DNA of 24,329 bases from Candidatus Bathyarchaeia archaeon (GCA_038850385.1 JAWCLX010000001.1:31670-55998), one strand, 5' to 3'. Counted from the stretch's first letter, positions 1-7,575 are shown. The notes: a model not told the origin generated them from the sequence alone. A program made the numbers and translations.

Positions 1-146
1 GCATAGTTTTGAGAGTCATTGTCTTTAGGTCTGTTTCTTTTTGGTTGCAAGATCAGCGCGCGGGGGACGCGAGCCTTACCAGATCTGTCTTGAGCAATAA
101 AGAGATATCTGGGATTACTGATCTAGAAGCTAGGTCGTGACCAAGT

Positions 147-1061
147 GTGCATGTCCTTAAGATGGCTTTGCCTAAGGGTCACCTCTGGGATGTTGTGAAG
201 GCGCTGCTCGACCGGGCAGGCTACAACATCTCTGTTAAAGGTGAACGATCTTACAGGGTTGAGTCAAGAGACCAAGACCTTGAACTGAGGATACACAGAG
301 CCCAGAACATCAGCCTGCTGGTGGAGCAGGGTCGATACGACCTCGGCATCACTGGACTAGACTGGATTCTCGAGCCTCAGGCCGATGTCGTGGAGTTGAC
401 TGACCTGAAGGTTGGCAGGGTCTATGTGGTGGCGGCCACACCTGAAAGATACGGCTTAGACGAGAGTCTAGGCCTCGAGGTCTTCTCAAGATTTCAAGAG
501 AGGATACGCCAAGACAAGAAGGAAAGGATCGTCGTCGCTTCCGAGTATGAGAATCTTACAAGGAGCCTCTTCGAGACTCGTATGCCGAGTATGGCATACA
601 GGTTCATCCGCTCATACGGTGCGACAGAGACATTTATCGAGGTGGCTGACCTAATAGTAGACTGCACAGAGACTGGGGCGACGCTCAGAGAGAATGGTTG
701 GGCGATCATCCATAGACTCTTCGAGTCGACTGCCCGGTTGATAGCAAACAAGACGAGTCTGGAGGATCCTTGGAAGAGAGAGAAGCTTGACGGGCTGCTA
801 TCGCTGATCGAGGGTGCAAGAGACGCAAAGGGCCTTCGACTACTGAAGATGAATGTCCCTGAGGATTGCATGAGCAAAGTGATGAGCATCCTACCTGCGA
901 TGAAGAGCCCCACCGTCTCCAAGCTCTACGGTGACGATGGATCCGGCTATGCTGTAGAAGTTGCTGTGGAAGAGGCGCAGATCGTTCAGCTCATCCCCAA
1001 ACTCAAGAGGGCTGGAGCAGCAGACATCCTTGAACTTCAGATAGAGAAGGTTGTAAGATAG
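147..1061 (+). CDS. hisG: ATP phosphoribosyltransferase, long form with C-terminal regulatory domain
   Basis: Motifs MALPKG, YDLGITGLDW, ADLIVDCTETGATLRENG; C-terminal LPAMKSPTVSKL...KLKRAGAADIL domain; GTG start. Confidence 0.95.
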   Translation: MHVLKMALPKGHLWDVVKALLDRAGYNISVKGERSYRVESRDQDLELRIHRAQNISLLVEQGRYDLGITGLDWILEPQADVVELTDLKVGRVYVVAATPERYGLDESLGLEVFSRFQERIRQDKKERIVVASEYENLTRSLFETRMPSMAYRFIRSYGATETFIEVADLIVDCTETGATLRENGWAIIHRLFESTARLIANKTSLEDPWKREKLDGLLSLIEGARDAKGLRLLKMNVPEDCMSKVMSILPAMKSPTVSKLYGDDGSGYAVEVAVEEAQIVQLIPKLKRAGAADILELQIEKVVR

Positions 1062-1077
1062 CCGAGTTCTCGTTAGC

Positions 1078-1503
1078 TCAGGTTTCAGTCGAAGTCCTAG
1101 GTGAGGAGACAGTAATCTTAACCTTTGGTGGATCCCTCAGAGTATTATGGACAGTGCAGTGCTTAACCATTCTCAGTAGGCCCTCAGCAAGGTAAGGATC
1201 TATATCCCCGCTCAACGCGATCTTCGCTTTGACCTCACTGACCCTGGAAGGATTCTTCGCCATCTTCCATTCAAAGTCTATCTTCATGCCTTCAAGAGGA
1301 ATCTTGTGGCGTTCGCAGAACAGCTTGGCGTAGACGCCGATACAGCAGCCCAGTGATGAGGAGAAGAGCTCCACAGGGGTCATCCCTGCATCCTCACCCT
1401 CCTCCTCAAGAGGCTGATCCGACGTCAGGCTGTGCCCTCTGCATCTGGCTTCGAAACGCCATCCCCCCAAGTATTGTATCTCCATACTCATAGCCTCGAA
1501 CAC
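1078..1503 (-). CDS. OsmC/Ohr family protein
   Basis: DQP...G.DAGMTPVELF.SSLGCC and second Cys in KHCTVHNTL, the OsmC two-Cys signature. Confidence 0.9.
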   Translation of the reverse strand: MFEAMSMEIQYLGGWRFEARCRGHSLTSDQPLEEEGEDAGMTPVELFSSSLGCCIGVYAKLFCERHKIPLEGMKIDFEWKMAKNPSRVSEVKAKIALSGDIDPYLAEGLLRMVKHCTVHNTLRDPPKVKITVSSPRTSTET

Positions 1504-1561
1504 TCCTCAACCAGAAAGCTTGATGAGACTTAAAGAATTATTCTAGACCGGAACAATATGA

Positions 1562-2293
1562 ATGTCTGAGTCTGACATCACGCATCGTCTAAAAGAGAGT
1601 ATCAGGAGAAGGGTCTGGAATCTGATGGAGGCGCAGGCGGTAGCCAGACCGCCCAGACCTGTCCACGGCCGGATACCGAACTTCAAGGGTGCTGAGAGGG
1701 CTGCTGAGCACCTTCAGGAACTGGAGGAGTTCAAGGCGGCCAAGATAGTGAAGGTGAATCCTGACTCGCCACAGAGGCCGGTCCGTGAAGCCGTACTGAA
1801 TTCTGGGAAGACTCTGCTGGTGCCTACACCGAGGCTAAGGGGAGGCTTCATGCTAATCGACCCCGAGTCTATATGTAATAGCGATTATTGTTTTGCTGCT
1901 ACGATAAGAGGCATATTCGAATATGGCATTGGAGTCGACCTGCCGAGTCTTCCGAGGCCAGACATGCTGGTTATGGGCTCCGTCGCCGTATCACGTGACG
2001 GCTCAAGACTGGGTAAGGGCGGAGGCTACAGTGAGTTAGAGTATGCCATACTCTCAGAGCTTGGGTTAGTAAGCGACAAGACTCCGATCTTAACTACGGT
2101 TCACGAGGTACAGGTCGTCGAGTATGTCCCGATGGAGAGCCACGATCTCAGAGTGGACATCATAGCCACACCTGAAGGCACTCTTAGGACGAACGCGGTG
2201 AGAGGTCAAGCTGGGAGGCTGATCTGGAACTTGGTGACGGAGCGGATGATCAGTGAGATTCCTGTTCTCAGGCAGCTTAAGCGGAAAGAATAA
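1562..2293 (+). CDS. 5-formyltetrahydrofolate cyclo-ligase family protein (archaeal/MTHFSD-like)
   Basis: GRIPNFKGAE, KVNPDSPQ, LLVPTPRL, GSVAVSRDGSRLGKGGGYSELEY, HDLRVDIIATP motifs. Confidence 0.88.
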   Translation: MSESDITHRLKESIRRRVWNLMEAQAVARPPRPVHGRIPNFKGAERAAEHLQELEEFKAAKIVKVNPDSPQRPVREAVLNSGKTLLVPTPRLRGGFMLIDPESICNSDYCFAATIRGIFEYGIGVDLPSLPRPDMLVMGSVAVSRDGSRLGKGGGYSELEYAILSELGLVSDKTPILTTVHEVQVVEYVPMESHDLRVDIIATPEGTLRTNAVRGQAGRLIWNLVTERMISEIPVLRQLKRKE

Positions 2294-2314
2294 AATGGCG
2301 GCTGATCCTATTGT

Positions 2315-2545
2315 GTGCTGGTGTCGCTCATGAGCTACTATGATCCCAACTATTGGAGGCAGTTTAGGCGATTCCAACCATACGTATGGCCGAACATACA
2401 TGCTTACAGGCCTGATGACCCGATTACGCAGCTGGGCCTGACCAGAAATGAACCCGCAATCTACACGATATGTAGCTTCTGCGGGGCAACCTATTCAGCA
2501 GGATTCCAGCAGTGCCCAGTATGCGGATGGGCAAGAGGCTTCTAG
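2315..2545 (+). CDS. Small protein with C-terminal zinc ribbon; true start may be ATG at 2330
   Basis: CSFCG-x8-CPVCG motif; co-oriented immediately after the cyclo-ligase gene. Confidence 0.6.
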   Translation: MLVSLMSYYDPNYWRQFRRFQPYVWPNIHAYRPDDPITQLGLTRNEPAIYTICSFCGATYSAGFQQCPVCGWARGF

Positions 2546-2558
2546 AGGGGGGATTCCA

Positions 2559-2636
2559 GTGGCTTCATACCTCAAGATAGTGGAGATCGGTGGGAGACAG
2601 TACGTCTTCGAGCAGATAGTCTTCAAGCCTGACTAA
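2559..2636 (+). CDS. Putative 25-aa small protein (MASYLKIVEIGGRQYVFEQIVFKPD)
   Basis: GTG at 2559, 13 nt after the previous stop, preceded by a G-rich SD-like GAGGGGGGA; beta-hairpin-like sequence; stop at 2636. Below the ORF-track size cutoff for this start. Confidence 0.35.
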   Translation: MASYLKIVEIGGRQYVFEQIVFKPD

Positions 2637-2690
2637 CAGAGCCGCCGCTCCTGGACGAGTAAGGAAAGACTGAATAGGCATTCGCCGACA

Positions 2691-2702
2691 CAATCTTTAT
2701 TT
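2691..2702 (+). promoter_or_regulatory. TATA-like element for the tRNA-Tyr gene
   Basis: TTTATTT at 2696..2702. Typical archaeal spacing would put the transcription start near the G run at 2726-2728. Confidence 0.5.
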
Positions 2703-2738
2703 GGATTCCTCTTTGAGTCACCTCTGGGTCCCGCGGAA

Positions 2739-2954
2739 CCCGCGGTAAGGTGGAGGCGACCGCCCCGTAAGCTCAGCCTGGTAGAGCTTCCGATCACGCC
2801 AGTAACGTGAGGAGACGCTGTAGAGCTGCACCCAAGGTGCGGCCATCCAGCCTATCAGGCTAAAGACAGAGACCGGAGTGTCGCTGGAGAGCCTGAGAAG
2901 GCTCGGCGAATTCAAAATAGGCTTATGCCTATGAAACTCCGGCCCGCGGGACCA
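2739..2954 (+). tRNA. tRNA-Tyr(GUA) with five introns and genome-encoded CCA
   Basis: Exons 2739-2747, 2771-2792, 2817-2823, 2872-2887, 2911-2916 and 2938-2954 join to CCCGCGG UA GCUC AGCCUGGUA GAGC U UCCGG CU GUA GA CCGGA GUGUC GCUGG UUCAAAU CCGGC CCGCGGG A CCA. This is a complete 77-nt cloverleaf with the archaeal Tyr identity elements C1:G72 and A73. Anticodon at 2820-2822. Each intron ends in a 4-nt segment complementary to the upstream exon plus a 2-nt bulge. Confidence 0.93.
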
Positions 2955-3159
2955 CCAACAAGACTACTCCCCCCTGCCAGTTTGGAAGTCTTCATTGATA
3001 TGTACAGGCTGCGTGGGGTCGGCATATCAGTGCTCAGGTCTGACCTTTGATTACGACTATGAAAATTTGGAGACGAGTTCTTGAGTGAAAGTATCAACAG
3101 GAATAGAGAATGACTACAGCCCCATTGAATTCAGTCTGAACAAGGGTTGAGTGGGGATT

Positions 3160-3254
3160 TGGCGGGCCCGGTGGGATTCGAACCCACGATCTCCGGCTGC
3201 CCTCCCTCTATGGACCGAAGGCCAGCATCTTGATCCTGACTAGACTACGGGCCC
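3160..3254 (-). tRNA. tRNA-Arg(UCG) with one 16-nt canonical 37/38 intron
   Basis: Minus strand reads GGGCCCG UA GUCU AGUCAGGAUCA AGAU G CUGGC CU UCG G|UCCAUAGAGGGAGGGC|A GCCGG AGAUC GUGGG UUCGAAU CCCAC CGGGCCC G CCA. A20 and G73 fit Arg. Intron at 3199-3214, with GAGG pairing C32-C35. TTTAT on the minus strand near 3296-3300. Confidence 0.95.
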
Positions 3255-3497
3255 AGTGTCTGTATGTGCACAACTAGACTCCTATCAGCAGGACCATAAA
3301 GGTAACCCTCGCCCTGAATGAAGACAACTCCTCGTCCCATCGTCCTGTGAGGCATAACCAGATCAGACTAGTTCATCTCGAGGAGTTGCAGGAATGATGG
3401 TGTTGACTCTGGATCCTGAAGATGAGAAGACTTCGAATCTACGGAAAGATTTAAGGGAAGAACAGATTATTTTCGGTCTCTTCACCGGTGATCTTGG

Positions 3498-3962
3498 ATG
3501 GCGGTACCTGACACAGAGATCAGAGAGCTTGTGAGGAGCGGTCTATTGAGGATCGATCCGTTCGATGACTCGAATCTTCAACCGGCGGGCTACGATCTGA
3601 AAGCGGCTCAAGAGGTCACTATAGGATCAGGAGAGCAGAGACTCCTCGCCGCAAGTGAGACGATTGAACTCCCGTCGTGTCTCTTGGGTTTACTCCATCT
3701 GAAATCCTCATTCGTCAGAGAAGGGCTCTACGCAAGCCTTGCCCTCGTCGATCCAGGATTCCGCGGGCAGCTGACCGTTTCGCTCCTGAACGCTGGGAAA
3801 GATGCCGTAAGGATGAAGTGTGGAGAGCCTTTTCTCCAGTTAACGTTCATACGCCTCTCTTCTCTTCCTGAAAGACCATACAGTGGGAAGTATCAAGGAA
3901 GTATCGGAGTGGTTAAGAGTAGACGGCAGCTGCATGGCAAGGATGAATCAAACTCACGATAG
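3498..3962 (+). CDS. dUTPase / dCTP-deaminase superfamily protein (short form, probably dUTPase)
   Basis: IDPFDDSNLQPAGYDL, KSSFVREGL, LVDPGFRGQLTVSLLN, GEPFLQLTF, YSGKYQG motifs. Confidence 0.85.
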   Translation: MAVPDTEIRELVRSGLLRIDPFDDSNLQPAGYDLKAAQEVTIGSGEQRLLAASETIELPSCLLGLLHLKSSFVREGLYASLALVDPGFRGQLTVSLLNAGKDAVRMKCGEPFLQLTFIRLSSLPERPYSGKYQGSIGVVKSRRQLHGKDESNSR

Positions 3963-4009
3963 AAAGTATTATACACTTTACATTTCAATGTATAGACGAG
4001 GTCTCTTTC

Positions 4010-4753
4010 TTGGCAGGTTCGAGGATCACAGACTTGAAGTACAAGCTGATGGTCGCCGAGCTCCTCAACCTGGCCAAGAACTACTACACCTACCGTGAAC
4101 TCTCACAGCTCATCGGTCTGCCGGAGACGGTCCTGAGCAGATACGTTAAGGGACATGTTCTACCGACGATAGAGAGAGCCCGCGACATCAATAACAAACT
4201 TGAAAGCATAATGCGTCTGGAGTCCGAGATCCAACGTAGAATAAGATTTGATGAGCTAGGTTACTTCGACAACACGAAGATCATATCCGACACGATGCTT
4301 CTTGAACGTGCAGTACAGCAAGCCGTCAACAGATTCGCTGGTCAGCGAATAACAAAGGTCCTGACACCGGAGACTGACGGGATACCGCTGGCGACACTCC
4401 TCGCGAACAGGCTGAGCATACCTTTAGTGATAGCTAAGAAGAGCAGAGAGGTAGGTGTTGGGGAATTCATAGAGGAGGCATACATACCATCGAAGTCAGC
4501 TATGATAATGAGTTTCTACGTGCCCCGCAGCATATTCAAGAAGGGTGACTGCGTACTGATAATCGACGACGTCATCGACAGCGGCGAGACCCAGAGAGCA
4601 CTCATAAACATCGTACGCAAAGCCAAGGCAGAGGTGGCGGGAATATACGTCTTGATGTCGATCGGTCTGGAATGGAAGAACAGAATAGAAGAGGTGACGA
4701 ACTGCCCCATAGAGATCGCTTATGAAGTCCCACAGAAGCTGAGGCCTGACTAG
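4010..4753 (+). CDS. N-terminal HTH plus type I phosphoribosyltransferase (archaeal PurR-like regulator/PRTase)
   Basis: TYRELSQLIGLPETVLSRYVKGHVLP HTH; PRPP-binding VLIIDDVIDSGET; TTG start. Confidence 0.85.
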   Translation: MAGSRITDLKYKLMVAELLNLAKNYYTYRELSQLIGLPETVLSRYVKGHVLPTIERARDINNKLESIMRLESEIQRRIRFDELGYFDNTKIISDTMLLERAVQQAVNRFAGQRITKVLTPETDGIPLATLLANRLSIPLVIAKKSREVGVGEFIEEAYIPSKSAMIMSFYVPRSIFKKGDCVLIIDDVIDSGETQRALINIVRKAKAEVAGIYVLMSIGLEWKNRIEEVTNCPIEIAYEVPQKLRPD

Positions 4754-4758
4754 ATCCC

Positions 4759-5805
4759 TTAAACCCCATGAATGAACTGCATAATACTCTCCTGATTTGG
4801 ATGATCTAAGACTCCCTTCTCAGAGACTATGGCGTCAACCAGATTGATAGGTGTAAAGTCAAAAGAAGGATTAAGAACCCCTACCTTCCTTGGAACGACA
4901 CGAACCCCAGATATGCATGTGACTTCACTGGGGCTCCTCTCCTCGATCCTAACCGCCTCACTAAGATTAGAGGAGTCGAAGGTCGATGTTGGTGCAGCTA
5001 CATAGAAGGGTATTCTGTGGTACCGCGCTGCGATCGCGATCGTGTAGGTCCCGATCTTGTTGAAGACGCCGTCCCTGACAATCCTGTCAGCGCCTACAAT
5101 TACCTTCTGGACGAGGCCTCGAGACATAACGTAACCCACCATCCCGTCAGTTATCACCTTCACCGGTATCCTGTCCCTTGAAAGCTCGAAGGCTGTCAAC
5201 TTGGCACCTTGAAGTCTGGGCCTGGTTTCAGTCGCGATCACCTTCACGCGTTTTCCTTTCTTCACAGAGGTCCTTACAGGCGCCAGAGCTGTCCCATAAC
5301 CTACGGTCGCTAACGCTCCTGCATTACAGTGGGTGAGGATAGTGTCCCCGTCAGCTATCAAGGGAGCTCCGTACTCACCTATCTTCAGATTCGCTTGGAA
5401 ATCATCTTCAGCCATCTTGATCGCTCTCTCTATAACCGCGATTCTCATAGCCTCAGGATCATCTGCCGACCGTCTCGCAGTCTCAAGGATCACTGAGAGG
5501 GCCCACGTCAGATTCACGGCCGTTGGTCTGGTTGATCCAAGCCTCTTCGAGGCTAACTCCATCTCCTTGAGGATCTTATCTTTGGTCTCTGCCCTGCTCC
5601 TGTAGGCAACCAACGCCAAGCCCATGGCCGCGGCGACCCCTATGGCGGGAGCCCCGCGAACAACCATCCTCCGGATTGCCTGAGCAACCTCGCCCACAGT
5701 CCTACACTTGACGTACCTCAGTCTCCCAGGAAGCAACGTTTGGTCTATCATCAAGACTGCCCCACTTCGCCACTTCACGGTTCTCAGGTTGAAGAAGTCC
5801 TCCAC
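4759..5805 (-). CDS. mtnA: S-methyl-5-thioribose-1-phosphate isomerase (eIF2B-alpha-like family)
   Basis: IDQTLLP, MVVRGAPAIGVAAA, TRPTAVNL, LTHCNAGALATVGYGTA, ETRPRLQGAKLT, GADRI, NKIGTY motifs. Confidence 0.9.
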   Translation of the reverse strand: MEDFFNLRTVKWRSGAVLMIDQTLLPGRLRYVKCRTVGEVAQAIRRMVVRGAPAIGVAAAMGLALVAYRSRAETKDKILKEMELASKRLGSTRPTAVNLTWALSVILETARRSADDPEAMRIAVIERAIKMAEDDFQANLKIGEYGAPLIADGDTILTHCNAGALATVGYGTALAPVRTSVKKGKRVKVIATETRPRLQGAKLTAFELSRDRIPVKVITDGMVGYVMSRGLVQKVIVGADRIVRDGVFNKIGTYTIAIAARYHRIPFYVAAPTSTFDSSNLSEAVRIEERSPSEVTCISGVRVVPRKVGVLNPSFDFTPINLVDAIVSEKGVLDHPNQESIMQFIHGV

Positions 5806-5920
5806 AGCGAGGCGCCTCGACCACGTTAGGCGGTCAGACCTAGATGTATGCTCAAGAACATCTATAACTCACCCTAAATAGATTATCTGTCTCTGTCTGA
5901 CGGCCTAGTGGTGCAGAGGC

Positions 5921-6262
5921 TTGATCGAATCATTTGAGGCTCAGTACAGACAGGAGACTTGGATAAGATACTTGGTCTACAGGGATCTCAGGGACAGGGG
6001 GTACATCGTCCGTGAATCCCGTAAGGTCGACTTTGAGATCTATGGGAAGGGGGCTGAGAGGCGGCTTGTCCATATAGTCTATGAGGGTGGAGAAGCCAGT
6101 CTTCGAGAGCTGACAACCCTCGTAAGATACGCGGCAAAGCAACATAAGGAGCTGATACTTGCGGTCATAGACAGGAGAACTGACCTCGTATACTACTCTG
6201 TAGGGGAGATGGACTTCCATAGAAGACCGGCTGGTTCAGGCTGGTTCAGTCAGGGTGTGTGA
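5921..6262 (+). CDS. tRNA splicing endonuclease (EndA) C-terminal-domain protein, probably a non-catalytic structural subunit
   Basis: YLVYRDLRDRGYIV, DFEIY and KELILAVID...DLVYY fit the EndA C-terminal fold. The KYG Tyr and the post-DFxVY His are not visible. An in-frame TAG at 5906 excludes an N-terminal domain. Confidence 0.8.
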   Translation: MIESFEAQYRQETWIRYLVYRDLRDRGYIVRESRKVDFEIYGKGAERRLVHIVYEGGEASLRELTTLVRYAAKQHKELILAVIDRRTDLVYYSVGEMDFHRRPAGSGWFSQGV

Positions 6263-7575
6263 AGCTGTTGGCTGAACCACAATCCTTCACAACCCCTAGA
6301 GGGATGAGGGATATCGATCAGGTCGAGATGGCTAATCGTTCTTGGATGTACCAGAAGATCAAGGGGACGATGAGGCTGTACGGCTTCCAGATGGTTGAAC
6401 CTACCGCCATGGAGAACCTGGCAACACTGGAGGCCAAGGCGGGACCTGACATCAGGAAGGAGATCTACTGGTTCGAGGACAAATCTGGAAGAAAACTCGG
6501 CCTGAGGTTCGACCTCACAGTTGGAATGACCAGGATGGTGTCGAACCGCCTCGAACTCCCAGAACCGATAAAGTTGTGCGCAATATCAGAGATGTGGAGG
6601 TATGATGAGCCGCAGTTCGGCCGGTACAGAAACTTCTCCCAGTGGGACGCAGAGATCTACGGGTCCGGAGGTCAGGAAGCCGACGCTGAGGTAATCTGTC
6701 TAGGGATGGACATCCTCGAGAGTCTGGGCCTCTCAGACTATGAAGTGCGGATCAGCAACCGCAAACTGACAGAGGGATTCCTCAAAGCAAGGGGCCTACG
6801 ATCCAAGGAGAAGATCGAGGCATCCATCAGGGTCATAGACAAGCTTGGAAAACTATCCAGTGAACAGGTGATGAGTGAACTCAGGGCTATAGGCCTCCAG
6901 GAAGATCTAGTCCAGCAGACAATGGAGTTCGCCAGTCTGAGAGGAAGACCGGACGAGGTCCTTTCAGAATCCCCCAGAATGCTTGAGGATGAGGGGAGGA
7001 AAGGTCTCGATGAGCTCAGAAAACTCGCTGATATTCTGGAGGCGTTCGACAAGATAGGTCGATGCGTCTATGACTATAGAATAGTCAGAGGAATAGGCTA
7101 CTATGACGGCATAGTCTTTGAGGCCTATGACAGGGTGGGTGAGGATATCGGCGCGATCTTTGCCGGAGGAAGATATGATGGGCTCTGCAGAGTATATGGG
7201 AAGAGGGATATGCCGGCTACAGGTGTTGCAGGGGGAGTTGAGAGGATAATGATCTCGATGGAGAGAGCTAACCTCCTCCCGAAGATCAGTCAGGCGCCCA
7301 CAGTCTTCGTCGTAGCAGTGAATGATGCTGTCAGAAGAGATTGCTGGAATATTACGCGACAGCTCAGGAGGATGGGTGTCCCCGCCGATTTCGACCTAAA
7401 GGGCCGCACATTCAACAAGCAGCTGGAATACGCGGATTCGATCGGTGTTCCATACACCATTATTATTGGCCGGAGAGAGCTTGAGAGAGGAGTTGTCAAG
7501 CTTAGGGATATGACTAAACGTATCGAGAAGGAGCTGACACTTCAAGAGGCTGTCAAGACCATCGGAAAGACCTGA
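6259..7575 (+). CDS. hisS: Histidine--tRNA ligase
   Basis: PRGMRD, LRFDLTV, WRYDEPQFGRYRNFSQ, RGIGYYDGIVFE, GGRYDGL, AGGVERI motifs and a C-terminal anticodon-binding domain; GTGA overlap with the upstream gene. Confidence 0.96.
   Translation: MKLLAEPQSFTTPRGMRDIDQVEMANRSWMYQKIKGTMRLYGFQMVEPTAMENLATLEAKAGPDIRKEIYWFEDKSGRKLGLRFDLTVGMTRMVSNRLELPEPIKLCAISEMWRYDEPQFGRYRNFSQWDAEIYGSGGQEADAEVICLGMDILESLGLSDYEVRISNRKLTEGFLKARGLRSKEKIEASIRVIDKLGKLSSEQVMSELRAIGLQEDLVQQTMEFASLRGRPDEVLSESPRMLEDEGRKGLDELRKLADILEAFDKIGRCVYDYRIVRGIGYYDGIVFEAYDRVGEDIGAIFAGGRYDGLCRVYGKRDMPATGVAGGVERIMISMERANLLPKISQAPTVFVVAVNDAVRRDCWNITRQLRRMGVPADFDLKGRTFNKQLEYADSIGVPYTIIIGRRELERGVVKLRDMTKRIEKELTLQEAVKTIGKT

Noticed and set aside
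2824-2871. A sixth, nested intron within the 37/38 intron
   Set aside because: No 4-nt central helix could be formed for either hairpin in any register tried.
2720-2960. RNase P RNA, SRP RNA or a group I intron as the explanation for this GC-rich structured region
   Set aside because: The conserved boxes are not present in the right context (GAAACTCC is an intron/T-arm junction). The tRNA-Tyr parse accounts for every base from 2739 to 2954.
2718-3097. ORFs 2718..2915 and 2912..3097 (minus strand)
   Set aside because: They lie antisense to the five-intron tRNA-Tyr and have no protein-family signal.
6259-7575. HisZ (regulatory partner of HisG) instead of HisS
   Set aside because: It has the full catalytic motifs and the anticodon-binding domain, and the hisG here is the long form that does not need HisZ.
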